A stretch of 64,000 nt of DNA from Dimorphilus gyrociliatus (Eukaryota > Animalia > Annelida): positions 1,488,001 to 1,552,000 of the forward strand of contig CAJFCJ010000010.1 of NCBI GenBank assembly GCA_904063045.1, read 5' to 3'. The translations under genes were made by a program, and so were the position numbers. A model generated the notes under the pieces. The model made no database searches. It saw only the letters and a program-made list of their open reading frames with translations, and was not told where the DNA came from. Shown here piece after piece: positions 43,242 through 56,592 of this stretch. How positions within the stretch are numbered: position 1 is the first letter of the stretch; each line of letters begins with the position of its first letter.

Positions 43242-46200
43242 TTAATCAATATGAATAAGCAAAGACTATGCAGAAATATATAGAGCAATCACTAATATAC
43301 TGTATATTATAGGCATTCAAAATGTCTACGTAAACATATCTATCCACCCCAATCCAAAGCATGTAATTGACTTTGTATTATTAATATTATAGAATGTTTT
43401 ATAAATTCAGTTCTACCTTTAAAGATTATAAATCGTATAGAATTAGATATTCATATTCACTCTTATATACTTTTTACACTGTTATATTCTATATGCTTGT
43501 TTATTAAGACTAGATTATAATGGGTACAAGTAGAGTTAACAATGAAGATTAACATTTTTAATAGTTAATAACAGCCTACTTGATAATGTAATAAAAATCG
43601 GCAATTGTTGATAGAGCATAAACTAAAAAATCTAAGTAATTTTTAATATAGGAGTAATACTTAATTGATGCAATTTTAAAAGGTCTCATCTACATTATTC
43701 ACTAGACCTTTTTTACTATGTTGTTCTCTCTTTTGCTTGCTTTTCCATTGAAGTAAATAGGTGCACTGTCTATGGAGACCAACAAAATATTGGAGAATAC
43801 ATGTTATAAAAGCTATTTAAAGGTGTTTGAGGTACGGAAAATAGTCTAATTCGATTATTCCAAGATAACCGATGTCTGACCTTTCTATTTACGTTTTTAT
43901 ATAAAACGAACAAACTGGTTTTGTTTTTATATTTTCTTTCTATCTATTTAACTCGTTTTCTGTCCATTTCAATCATTTTATGTTTCGATTTTTAAGCGTA
44001 GATAACCTTAACCTTTACTTCTGTTCCTGCCTTTTTATCCTTCTAGTTTTTCTCCCTATTTATTCAACAATCCAGTATATATTTCCTAAAGGCACATTCA
44101 CCTCTACTTTTTCTCCTTTCACTAGACAAGGCCTACATTTTGTGGGAGCGGACGGATTAAATCCCTATCAAGTTTCCGCTTAACTATTCTTAACCGTTTG
44201 TCACCGTCATTCAGTACATATACAGTATGTTTAAGAAAGGAACGGCACTCTAGCTATTATACCCATTTCAAAGGCTATTTCTGACAAAAAATAGATTGTA
44301 AAAGTTGTGTATTCGTGTAAAGTAGCCTTGCCCGAGTTAATTAAGAGCCTCTGGTGAATGGGAGCGAGAAGAAGACTACTAGACCTAAATTATAGAAGAA
44401 TAAAGGTAGAAAGAAATTTACAATTGCTGTTTACCATGTAGGTTGACCATTATATGAATATTTCATAACAATGATTTTCCATTAGTTTTTTTCAAAGCGT
44501 CTACTCATGCAATTTTATTTATTATGTATAAGGTAATTTTCATTATACATATGTATTAATATAACATTTTTAACCTAACCAATATAAGAATTCGTCTAAT
44601 CTCTTTCTCTCCCGCTCTCTCTCTCTCCTGTACCAAACAACCTTCTTTTTTATAAGGTTATTCTCTTTTCCTTTTACACTATTAAATAAAATGTTTCATT
44701 TTTTTTTTTTTTAAAAAAAAGCCAATAAAATTTTTTACGAATAAATGAAAAAAGCCAGCATGGATTTTTTTTTTTCTCATTTCTTTACCTCTTTTACTGT
44801 AAAAAAACGTCTAAAATATGAGGGAAATAGGAGAGTATTGTTGAAAATTACATAACTTAAATCGATCTTGACTAATTTCGATTTTTTTTCTTTATTGATT
44901 AAAAACATTAGTCATTGATAATAAAGTATTCGATTTTTTTCATTTTCTAAGGAATTGCTGCTTAAATCTTATTAATGGCAAAAGAGAAAAAAGACAGAAG
45001 AGAAAAAAGGTGGCAGGGGGTGGTGGTGGGGGGTAGGGGGGTGGTGCTTCAACTAGATTGGTAAGGGGGGAGGAGAGGGGGGGGCGAAAAGAAGATTTTT
45101 AAAAGAGCTTTAAATTATTAATAATAAATATATCGTTAGAACGGAAGATAAGGCCTATTAAACCTTCATTTTTTAACAACATTAATACATTAATTAGTAG
45201 TTTATTCTACTCTTTTTGTTTAAGCCTCTGGGCAGGGGGGGAAAGGTTGCTTTATTTGTGGATTAATTTCTAAGGTTTAAATTAAATATAAGGTGGAAAA
45301 TTATAAAATTATAGCTAATAAATATCGCAAATAGGTTTATAGCTATATATCTTATTATGTTAGATCTAGGTACTTTCTTCTCTGCTTCCTGTCTCTCATA
45401 TTTAGATAGTCATTGACCTCTCGTCTTTTCTATGGAAACTTTTAATTTCTAGACGATAATATTTCTATCATTTATGTATCAAATTACGACTTTAGATAAA
45501 GAAAACAAAAGTGATATAATGGATATATTTACAATTATAGGCCTCGAACGGCATAACGTAATTCAACAGTTGAGACGATATGTTGAAAAGTCATATTAGA
45601 ATATTCTTTAAAAGATTGATAGTAGGTTTTATTTTTGTAAATTGTAATAACAGTAAACTGAGAGATGTTTTAGCTTTCTTTTCAAGATTGGGGAATGAAA
45701 AAGAGTAGGAATTTTAACGGGAAAATACCTTTCTTTATAGTTTTTTCTTATAAAAAAAAGAAAAAAAAAACAACTAGATAACCTAGTTTTAGAGAGTAAG
45801 ATTGATCGTAAAAAGATTGAGAAATATTTTTGTTTCGTTTGAACCAAAAATGAAGGAAAATAAAGTTACTAACCTGCCCAAAAGATCCTTTACCAATAAC
45901 TTTTAGAACTTCATATCTGTAGGCTATATGATCGTGAGGAACGTGTAGGTAGGAACCGTGTTCGTCGTCGTAGCCATTATTTTGCGATCCACCAACAATA
46001 CCCTGTCTCTTCTTTGAATTTTGGCCAACAAAATAGATTTGATTGTAGGAGAATATTTCGTGATGTTCATAGGCGGTCATCTTATGCATGAAATTCTTCA
46101 TAGCTGTACCTGGTGCTACTGCATGAGTCCTCTTCAAAGAACCTTTTGAACCGGCACTGGCTGCCGAACTTGGGGGCCTGACCTGTGGAAGGCCGTGACC

Positions 46201-46350
46201 CTGAAGTTGTTCACTTCCAGACTTGTCATCGAATAACTGTGTCACTTTAATCTGCGACTGTCCGCCACCGACGGACTGTGTCTGAGAGATGTGAGGTAAC
46301 ATCGCGTTGGAAGGCATACTATGTTCGCTCCTCTTCAACTTGATTGACAT
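41391..46350 (-). CDS. DYRK2: Class 2 DYRK kinase (DYRK2/3); exons about 46350-45874 and 42476-41391
   Basis: DH box [53 protein letters not shown] and the [13 protein letters not shown] activation loop. Confidence 0.97.
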
Positions 46351-46520
46351 ACCGTCATACCTAATAGTACATTTATATTGTCTTGTATATTTGTTTCCTA
46401 ATTTTATAATCCGGTCTGTTCTTTTTCACGCCGTAAACAGTTTTAAGCGTTTCTATCGGTTTATGCTGCTTCTTTTCGATGATCGCTCGTTGCCATGCAA
46501 GGATCCCGGATAAGCGATTG

Positions 46521-46547
46521 ATCACGTGATTGACGACGACCAATCAC
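46521..46547. promoter_or_regulatory. Palindromic E-box ATCACGTGAT (CLEAR/USF/MiT-like) plus a CCAAT box in the DYRK2/BORCS6 bidirectional promoter
   Basis: 10-bp palindrome at 46521-46530 and ACCAATCAC about 10 bp downstream. Confidence 0.5.
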
Positions 46548-47068
46548 AGTCGTTGCTATTGGCAATGTATGTAAATCAATAGCTGGCGAGAATTGGGACG
46601 AGATTCGTCTATAATTTCCGGTTTTGGGCGAAATTTGGGATATTTCGGCTATTTTATCTCCATAACTGAAAGCAACTGTTTTCAAAGAATAAAATTCGTC
46701 ATAAATATTATGTTGCATTTTTCGATTAATCTACATATTAGAATAAATTAATATTATTTAACAATAATGGCCGATTCAGGAGAAAAAGTTGAAAGAGAAA
46801 ACGAAAGTGTAGCAGAAGATAAAGAAATAAAGTATATCTGAAGCGAATATCAAGAATTTCTTTATTAAAAATACATTCTATATAATACAAAGAGGATTCC
46901 TACGCATAGACAATAAAATTTAAAATAAATATTAAACAAAAGAAAACAATAATACAATTCAAAGCTGGGGTAAACTGTATTCAATGATATTATTGATATT
47001 CTGTTCAGATATACTCTTTAAGGAATGCAAGTCTATCGGAAGATTTTGATAAGGATACGGCGAGTAAC

Positions 47069-48153
47069 ATGGCTGAGATAATAGATGACAATCAAGATAA
47101 CTTGAACGTTGATAAACAAGTCAAATTTGATAGTTCCGAGTCGATTGACAGATCGCCTAATTCTATATTATCTGATGATTTGAAAAATTCGGAAGGTATT
47201 GAAAAAACTCAAGAATCATTAAAAACTTCAGTTGAAAATTTGAAAAGAACAGTTGCAATGATGAAAGAACAACCTGATCAATTTGAATCTCCTCAACAAC
47301 CAACAAAAGACTCGCCTAAGGACCACTTGAAGAGAAATTCTAGTTTCTCATCTAACACCACCGCATCTAGTCTTAGGGAATTGGAAGAGTGTTTAAAATC
47401 ATCCGATACACCATTAGATATGCATGGAACTTTAGAAAGAGATGGAGAAGTTATGACGTTTGTAGCTGAGGGATTAACTGATTTAGTAAGACTATCGTCT
47501 GCCACCCCATCATCCCTTAGTTCAGCGTCAGGTTGGTCAGGTGTATCGCGTTCACCAACTCTTCATAGTCCTGAAACCTTACCTCCGGTTGACGTAAAAG
47601 CGCTGTTTGAAATTGAAAATTCTGCTCATAAAATTGCTGCTTCAGTGGGTAAAATGATGGATTCAATGGCTGCTAATTTACATTTAGTAATATTCATTAT
47701 CTTTCATATTAACCTATATAAATATCTAATATATATATATACAGTATATATAGAAATATTAGAAATATCGCACTTGCCTAATTTCTAGATGTCTTCTGTA
47801 ACGACAAGTTGTATCGACGCCTACAAGGAAGGAGTGGACAGAACTTGCGATTCTGTAGACGCTAGTATCAAGGTCGTTCTAAAAAGTTAAATAATACTAA
47901 TGACCCTTTTAATTAATCATTAACGTATTACGTCTGTAGACTATGTACGCTCTTATGGCTAAATGCGAAGAGTTATCTAAAAGTATGCAACCCGTTTATA
48001 AACTATCAAACGAAATGTAAGTTGAAACTTTTTTTAATTAGAGTAATTTCATTAATTATTCAATTTGAATACGTTGCTCATAGGAAAGAGGTGAAGAGAC
48101 TTTTGGAATTGTTTGAAAATCAAGTTAATAAAGGAATGGCAATCGATTCTTGA
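47069..48153 (+). CDS. BORCS6: BLOC-1-related complex subunit 6 (C17orf59/lyspersin), 4 exons
   Basis: PPVDVKALFEIE...|SSVTTSCIDAYKEGVDRTCDSVDASIK|TMYALMAKCEELSKSMQPVYKL...|KEVKRLLELFE matches the BORCS6 C-terminal domain. TGA at 48151-48153. Confidence 0.85.
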
Positions 48154-48837
48154 GATTCTTTATAATAGAAAAAAAACAAACAGTCATTTAAGATACCGTT
48201 GTAAATTTTTTTTCTCTGCCAATTGTTTATTAATTAACAATTAGCTCGTAAAATTGAATAGGTAATTTATATATATATATATATATATATATCACTATTA
48301 AAGAAACTTTTTTAGTAGTTTCTTGCGAATTGTGGCGCTATCTATCGCCTTTTAAAAGAGTTCTTTTTTTCATTTTTTTTTCTTCACTAATACACTACCG
48401 TTGTTGGAGATATATAAAGTATGAAATAGTAAATTGGAATGTTTCTTTTCTCACTTCCTACATAACTTACTACTTTAAAACTGTTGTTTTCCTTTTTATC
48501 GTTAAGGTATACCGTTGTATAAACAGTACACATTTATTTATTTATAACTCTTGTATACCGATTTATCACAGTTTAAAATTTGGCCCAAAAAGAAACGAAT
48601 AGAAATGGATACAATATTGGGAATGATAAAGACGTAGATAGATCTCAGACAGTATTAAGGATCATTCATCGAGAAAATTTTCATGACATAAAAGTATTCG
48701 TATGCAGATAGAAAGTTGACTTTTTCAATCAATCTTATAAATCAATTGACTAGGATATTTTTTTCTTCTCCTTTTTATAGCTTTTTTTTATCTTCTTTTC
48801 CTAAAATTAAATTATTTCTCTTTTGTTTAACGGTTAC

Positions 48838-51162
48838 CTAGCTCCCTCTATCGGCTACATCGTGTCCATGAGTGATGTTAACTGAAACTTTTTTAGGTAT
48901 TGTCGCACTTCTGGAACGAGTATCGTCTTTCTGTTTTTGTCTTCTGCTTTCAAATCTTGGTTTTGTTGTTTTACAGGCTAAAATGGCGCCCTCTTTCGAT
49001 TTGAGAACAGTTTTCGACAGTTTTGTTTGGTCGCTCCTTCTGGCCAATTTGGGTATTAATGCTTCAGCAAGTACTTTAGAATCATCCTTAGACGTTGATG
49101 GTTGACCTGTTGATTGCTTAGCACCCTTGTCTTCGCAAATTGCACAAGGCTTTTTCGTAGTATCATCTTGAGTTTTTGTTTTTGCCTTAACAGATACGAT
49201 TTCCAATTTTTTACCTTTACTTTTATCTTCATTTGAGGCGTTTATCGATTCTTGTTTCTTGGAATTGTTGCTAATGTGAAGTTTCGTTCCTCTTTCGTCC
49301 GCTCTAATTCCACTTCGGGCTTGTTTCGCTTCATTAGCAACGTTCGTATTACTGCCAGTATTAGCGGTAACGTCGTTATTATTATTGCTATTTCCGGTGA
49401 TATTGCTGTTGCTATTATCATTACTATTACCACCATTGTTATTATTAATGTTATTATTAGCTGCCGCAGTTGTAGCAGAGTTGGTGGTATTATTATTGGC
49501 GTGATTATTATTTGAAGTTGTAGTGCTATTGTTCTGCCCACTATGAGTGTTGCTACTATTTGCCCTCCTCTGGGCATGTGTTAATCGGAAACGTATAGAA
49601 TCGCTTGCAGCGTAAGGACTCCGCTCCATTCCAGGTGGTACTCCCCTTAAACTTGGTACTGTTAAAGGAACTTTAGCTGGCAGTGATTTTTGCGGCGTAT
49701 TCAAAGTTTGGGGGACAGTTTCAATTATCGTTGTCATCTCTTTGCCGGGTGATAAAGATCTGGAACGTCTGTTAGGTTTAGGAGATAGAGATTGTTGGGG
49801 TTGACGAATAGGAGGCCCATCAATTAACCTATTTTTTGTTTCGCTATATATAACTTCAAAGGTTTTCAAATTCTTTAATGGTAATAATTGAACGTTTCTC
49901 TTTGATTTTTCAAAACATTCAATAGATAGTCGAAGAGTTTCGTCAACAACTCCGGGTATAACATCTTTAAGTACTCCGCAATTTGTCGCCAAAGCCGGAT
50001 TAACGTTTGCCTCAATAAACCATACTTTTAAATTTTCATCAATCATAAAATCTAAACCGTATAAATCGAAATAACCAACTTTAGCTGCTAATCGATTTTG
50101 TACGCATTTGATTAGGTGCACCATAATTGATTTAATTGTTTTAGTCATCCCATTCTTTACCCAATCATTTTCAACCTCCTTTCCAGGAGCAACATGCCTG
50201 TTAACGTAGTCATTTAGCTTATCAAAAGACCAGACGGTATCCTCTTTAACGTCTTTATAAGCTGGATCTTTCTTTTGAATATACTGATTTGTTAAATGGG
50301 CAACGAGATTAGTTGTGTCATTATCGTATTGGGCTAACGATAGCCTTACGTAACCATGCGCATAAAGTACTAATAGTGGACTTGTACTTGATATTAACAT
50401 GTAAGCTCTCAAGTCGAATTTTTTGCCGTCAAGTAAAAGAGGATTGGCTACGTAGCGTTGAATAATTCTGTTTGTTGTTGGTTTATAGGCTTTTTTTTCC
50501 TTTTTCTTTTCATCGTATTCGACTAGAGTTGCTCGAAATTCATTAAGATCTCTAACGAGGAATATACCTTTACCCTGATTCGTGCCAGTTGGTTTACAGA
50601 TCCATATATCACCTTCTTTATACTCTTGAAAGAACTTTTCACGTTCTTTCATATCATCTACCCGGAAAGTTTCTGGCGTGAAATCCAAATAGGATTTAAT
50701 TATTGTCGATTGCCTCGATTTTTTCACCGCTGTCGTAACACGATCGAAAGATTGTAGGGAATTAAGTAGGCCTAACTTATTGGTTAATAGGCCACAATTT
50801 GGTATGTGATTGACTAATTGCTCTCCTTCCCTGAACGCTTGATAATTAATGTTTTGTTTGCATTCAACCCATTTCAATTTAAAATTTTCGGTCATTTTAT
50901 CATTAATCCTTTTCCACCCGAGTTTTAGTAGACTACTTTCAATTCTGTTCACGATATTCGATAAAAAAAATAATCATTATTCCCTTAATGGCTTTTGTTT
51001 ATACATTTAATTGCTCCCTGCACGGTAAAGCAAAATGCAATTAATCTATTACTTACAATGCACAACCATTACCTCCGCCAACGTAAAAGGTTGGTTCTTT
51101 ATTAGGCGCCAGGACTGTTCTTGCTCTTTGAATAGCCGGGTGCGTTGATTCGTCCGATTTAC
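48838..51162 (-). CDS. TTLL10: Tubulin/protein polyglycylase TTLL10-like; the first exon(s) lie further upstream (candidate exon near 51.9-52.0 kb)
   Basis: PTFYVGGGNG | LGWKRI...FKLKWVE...FREGEQLVNHIPN..LLTNKLGLL, WICKPTGTNQGKGIFL, KFDLRAYMLI, HLTNQYIQKK, FDLYGLDFMIDENLKVWFIEANVNPAL, and a long low-complexity Asn-rich tail. Confidence 0.9.
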
Positions 51163-51754
51163 CTGCCACATTTGAAATATGTTTAAACCTTAATTTTCTA
51201 AGAAAAAGACTCATAAAATGCAAAATAAAATGTCAATATATTACTATTATTAATATTTCTTCGTAAGATAATTTTAGCTTTCCTGTAAATATACTCTATT
51301 CAATTCTAGATAAAAAAAAAGAGATACACTGCAATCTATCTTATTTCAATCGAATCCAAATTGTTCTCTTCTTATTTTACACTTATTTACAAAAACTCAA
51401 ACATTGCTACACAATCCAATTAATAACATTGACAAATTCTACCTACTAAATTTAAACGCTGAATGAGCGTATACTCGTTCTGCCCGCCTAATCAGTTCCG
51501 GAAAACGTTCAAAACTTACTTGCTTTCTTCTGCCAATCATTGATAGATTTAATAGAGAGGAAATTGAAGTGAAAATGATAAAGTTTTAAAAAGAGAGGAA
51601 ACAGTAGAAAAGGTTAAGTGATTGAATAAAAGGATAGGTATTGGAAAAAGTAATCCATAAACACCTCTAAAGGGATTGAACAATGGAGATGTGAATGAGA
51701 ATAAAACAGATAAAATTGACAAGGGAAAATAAAGGAAGGGAAAAGAGCAATTAG

Positions 51755-51802
<48 letters not shown>

Positions 51803-52961
51803 GGGGGCAGAAGAGCAGAGAGAAAGAGTAAATGATTTGCAGGTCTATCCTTAAAATTGATTTTATTTTCAAGAAAATTAATTGCGATTTGCCAAAGTGA
51901 TTTAGCGTTTCCGGTGAAGCGTTACCTGTAGGTAGTTCTTGTTTGGCCAGACAGCCAGACGGTATCCAATCTATTACTTATGATTAGAATTTATGATAGA
52001 GGACATATTGAAGGTTATTCAACTTGGTGTCTTTATTCATAGAATAAGTAAACTACCAATAGCCAGTATAAACAGTTAGTACGATAGCATTTATGCTTCT
52101 GTTAGATATACTATGCAATTGTTAAAGTATATGTTGTCTGTTAAGTAAAATACACATATACTTATATATACTGTACTGTATATACATAAAGTATATATAC
52201 TAATATATATATTTACTAGAAAATGGACGACTTTAAATTGACCTGGTTTGTCTGATAACGAGGGAATTTAAACGCTAAAACAATGCATATACTATAGAAT
52301 ATAATCCATGTTTATATTATAATAAAAATCATTCTTTGATATTATCTAATCTTATACAAATTGGTTAGTAACGGTAAGCAGAAATCTATTTATTATCTTA
52401 TCAAATTGAATAATAATTTAATAAAATGATAACAGATTTATAGCAAACGAACGCAAAAAATACATAATTTGGTATGGACAATAACAAAATCAGTACACTG
52501 ATTTTAATATTTAACATCTACTCCTATCTCCTCTATCCAAAAAAAAATAATAAAGGATTAAATCAATTAAAGTCACAGCTTTATACATAACGAATTTATC
52601 TATATACCTGATAATATAGAATTAATTAACGAAGAATTAACTAATTTTTTAATTGAGTATTATTTTACTTTAGTATGAGAATAGAATTCTTATTTCAAGT
52701 AACAAATTCAAGACACAAATACAATATATATATATACATATATATATATATACTATTTAATCGTAAACGGGAAGGAAAAACAAGCAAACAGACACCAATT
52801 ATATTAATTAATTACCTCTATTTGTTTTATTCGTAAGATCCGATGACATTATTAGGCAATTACAATTGACAAATTTATTTTTATTTTTATAATCAAATCA
52901 TACATAGGAGAGAATTCAAATGTTAAGAGGATACAGCCAGCTAAACGTTAACCTTTCCTAG

Positions 52962-52974
52962 GTTGCCTAGCGCC
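52962..52974. promoter_or_regulatory. Possible RFX X-box half-site (GTTGCCTAGCGCC) upstream of the ciliary gene TTLL10
   Basis: GTTGCCTAG matches the RFX consensus GTTGCCTAGCAAC but the 3' half is imperfect, and the transcription start is unknown. Confidence 0.3.
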
Positions 52975-53100
52975 GATAAACGTAAACAGTTCGATTTACT
53001 ACTATAGGCCTATAGTAACTAATCGTCTATTAATATTTCGACAACGATTGATTTTTCTCTCTTTCTCTCCAGTTTCTGTCTTTTATTTTTTGTCGGTTCG

Positions 53101-53143
<43 letters not shown>

Positions 53144-53852
53144 CCCTGTTCGGTTTAGAATGTTATTATATGCTCTTTTGTGTCTTGTTAATGGGTAGTA
53201 AACCCCTCTTTTCACATTCGTTAATAAAAATAAGAAACCGCCCTCGAATATAGTCCATTTATTCAATGACACTTTTATGGTAAAAATTATGAAAAGAATA
53301 CAAAGAAATAGCTATTACAACGACATCTAATATTGCGTCTACTGTATTTTCTGTTTATTTGTATCTAAGTTGTTTGTTAAACTGATGAAATAATCAATTG
53401 AAAAATTTTTTTTTCTATTCAATTCTTATGCTAAGATAAATATAGAAACGAAAACATTCTACCTCTGAATCATTTAATACTGTATATAAGTTATTTTGTA
53501 GTGAATAGGTAACTTTATATATCTATCTATATAAATATATATATATATATATATATCAACCTTTCATTTTTCCAATTTCTTCATCTCTTTCTCCTATATA
53601 ATCGGATATAGAAGGAGTGAAAAAAGAGAAAAAGAAAAAAAAGGTACTAGTCCTAATTATTTCTTTCATTATATAAAAAACTATGTAAGTTCTTCTTGAA
53701 TAGGAGAAGATATTTATTGACAATTGAAAAAGATTAATTATTCTCTCTGCTTTTGTTCAGTTATAATCTTGTTATTCTATTTTGAATATAAGTATAAAGT
53801 ATATAAATCTATATACGAATAGACATAAATATAGATCTACGGATAAAAGGAA

Positions 53853-53884
<32 letters not shown>

Positions 53885-55064
53885 AAGTTGCGAAAACCTC
53901 TCCCGATTCAATCAGAGTACTCTATCAAGCACTTTTAGAGGATTACTAATAAATATTATTCATTACTTTAAATAAATAACTCAATTTATTAATTAATACT
54001 TTATTTATATACATAGGAAAATCTTCGATTGATTCCCTCCACCCATAAATTTTAGTTCTCAAGCCATTCACAATGGTATTTTAAGTAATAATACTAAATA
54101 ATAATAATGATAACACAAATACTAGTTATAAGCCGGTAGATGGCGCAACAGGAAGCATGTGAACAAAAAAAAAGGAGTATTAGTGAACACGAGAGAAAGT
54201 AGGTATTTGAAAAGGAAGAGAAAGCGGAGGAAAACAAAGGATCGAATAGATGTTTATGATTAAAAAAAGTAAAAAAATCGCCGAGGTAAGATAAAAAAGA
54301 AGAAAGGAGTTGTTATTAATTGATCATGACAATAAATGATGAAGATAGGGCGAACAACTTTATAACAAAAAAATGTTAATTTTATAATAAAAACTTAATA
54401 CTCTAAAGAATAAACTTCATGATCAGGTTGAAAATTATCTTTAAACAACCTTCCTCTCATATTTCTTATTAAGATTACTCTTAAATGATATTAAAAGAGC
54501 CCTTGAAATAATAATTAGCAGTCGTTTATAAAGAAAATAAGATGTTTCAACGTGAATTCATGAATTGAATTCACTTACATTTACTTTCATTATAATAGAA
54601 AGTGTCTATCTACATGATATACATTTATCTATACAATAATACTATGATGTTTAAATGAAATTTCTAATTTAGATATGACTATCTTTAATACTCTTGTTGG
54701 AGTGTCATAGTTGTCCCAACATCTTTTTGCATTTAGCTTTACATAAAGGCGAAAGGCGACCGAATAAACACGAAGCCATTAAGATATTATATAGAAGAAA
54801 ACGCCATCAAACGTTAGGGCGTAGTTTTTTTTATAGATATACTACTTCTGTTGATTTAGATGTACTACATAATTCATTGGATTATAAAGGTTTGTTTCAC
54901 AAAAAAAAAAATACTAGAGGGTCTACTAACTTAATGGATGTTTTTCTAACGTATAGAAGCCAGCTTAAAGAGAAAAGATGGAAATATGCAAAACAGCTAG
55001 CCTATCGCAGCCAATCAGCTCCGACTAATAAAGCAGACGCATTCACACTAGAAAGTTAGTAACT

Positions 55065-55355
55065 ATGCGACGATCTGTCGTCGTGTTCCTTTTCTTATTT
55101 TGCTTTCTCATCGCCGGACTTTCGGCTGATTATTACGAAGAGTTTAATGGCAAAAGAGCACCTTGGTTTGTTGGCAAGAGAGATGGCAGATTATTTATTG
55201 GTAAGAAATCGGAAGGGATCGATGAACGTATTCAACGTCTAACTGAATTGGCTAAGGAGATGAAGAGAAGATTAAGAAGCCGACCATTCTATATTGGTAA
55301 AAGAAATAGGATGTTTATCGATAAACGGGACAGTAATGATGATTTAACATTATAG
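55065..55355 (+). CDS. Neuropeptide precursor (PxFVamide/FVamide-like), intronless CDS
   Basis: Signal peptide MRRSVVVFLFLFCFLIAGLSA, then repeated G-KR/G-KK amidation and cleavage sites yielding DYYEEFN-a, APWFV-a, DGRLFI-a, ...RPFYI-a and non-amidated NRMFID. Confidence 0.9.
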   Translation: MRRSVVVFLFLFCFLIAGLSADYYEEFNGKRAPWFVGKRDGRLFIGKKSEGIDERIQRLTELAKEMKRRLRSRPFYIGKRNRMFIDKRDSNDDLTL

Positions 55356-55378
55356 ACTAAACTAAACAAATAATAAGT

Positions 55379-55450
55379 AAATATATATATATATATATAC
55401 ATATATGTATATATACAGTATATATATTATATATATATATATATGTATGC

Positions 55451-55486
<36 letters not shown>

Positions 55487-55500
55487 GTAAATATATATAT
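55379..55500. repeat. Compound (TA)n microsatellite in the neuropeptide 3' region; a (CT)n tract follows at about 55770-55840
   Basis: Directly visible dinucleotide runs. Confidence 0.85.
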
Positions 55501-56592
55501 TTATCTAAACGTAATGATAACAAAAAAAAATTAGAATTTTAAGAGAAAGAATTAACAAGAAACAATGAATAAAAGAGAAAGAAACGTAAATGATAGTTGT
55601 TGAATTAACATTTTCATTCATATTTTTTCTCCTTATTTATTTTTTTCTATTTTCTTTTCTTCTTCTTTTTTAATACATCAGAACAGATTTAACAACTTTA
55701 ATAATTAAATAGAGCTCTCTCTCTGTTACTCTCTGTATATTATATGTATATATTTATCTATCAAATTTTCTCTCTTTCTCTCTCTCTCTCTCACTCTCTC
55801 TCTCTCTCTCTCTTTCTCTCTCACTCTCTCTCTCCCTCTCTCGTTCCATCCCTCTTACTTTCTTTTACCCTTTGTTTATTTCTCCTACAAATTATAATAG
55901 TTATTGTACTACATCTTTAGAGACTACACGCAATAAGAAACAAACTAACGAACAAACAGAAATTGAAAGAATTTCATTTAATTCGATAAAGTATTACCAA
56001 TTTTTGGCTTTTATATCTATTAATTATTTGTCAGTATATTATTTATTATATATATAAAAGCCTAAATATCGAACGTTATCATTAAAAATTAATATAGAGT
56101 CAGTTAAATCGTTCAACAGCCAAATTCGATTGAATTACTGCTATAAAAAACAAAGGGAGAAAAATGCTTTATGACAAAAGATCTTTATTATAAAGCATTG
56201 CTTCGATTAATAATTAACAAATTATACAGTTTTTGCAGGATATGTAAATTGGATAGACCTGTAAAGATATATGTAATTTTTCTTTTTATTGTAATTTCAA
56301 CATTTAACCTCCTTTCAATTTGTTGAGAAATGTGAATACGTGAGCCTAATAGCACTAATAAACTAATACAATTTTATAGGATAGAAAATTAAGTGGGGAA
56401 GCCTTTAAACTGGTAAAAGCATCCATCGATTCGGTAAACGTGATAATGCCAAGACTATTATTAGTTTATTGATAAAATAGTATAGGTATACGTGTTTTCC
56501 CACTTTTTTCCGCTTTTTTCTATAGTTATTATTAATAATCGTTCATTCAAATCGTATCAGTTTAATCAATATTCAAAAATACATTAGCATAT

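Noticed and set aside
54694-55059. 121-codon ORF ending 5 bp before the neuropeptide ATG
   Set aside because: It starts at TTG, has no recognisable motif, and overlaps the expected promoter/5'UTR; probably chance, although a uORF cannot be excluded.
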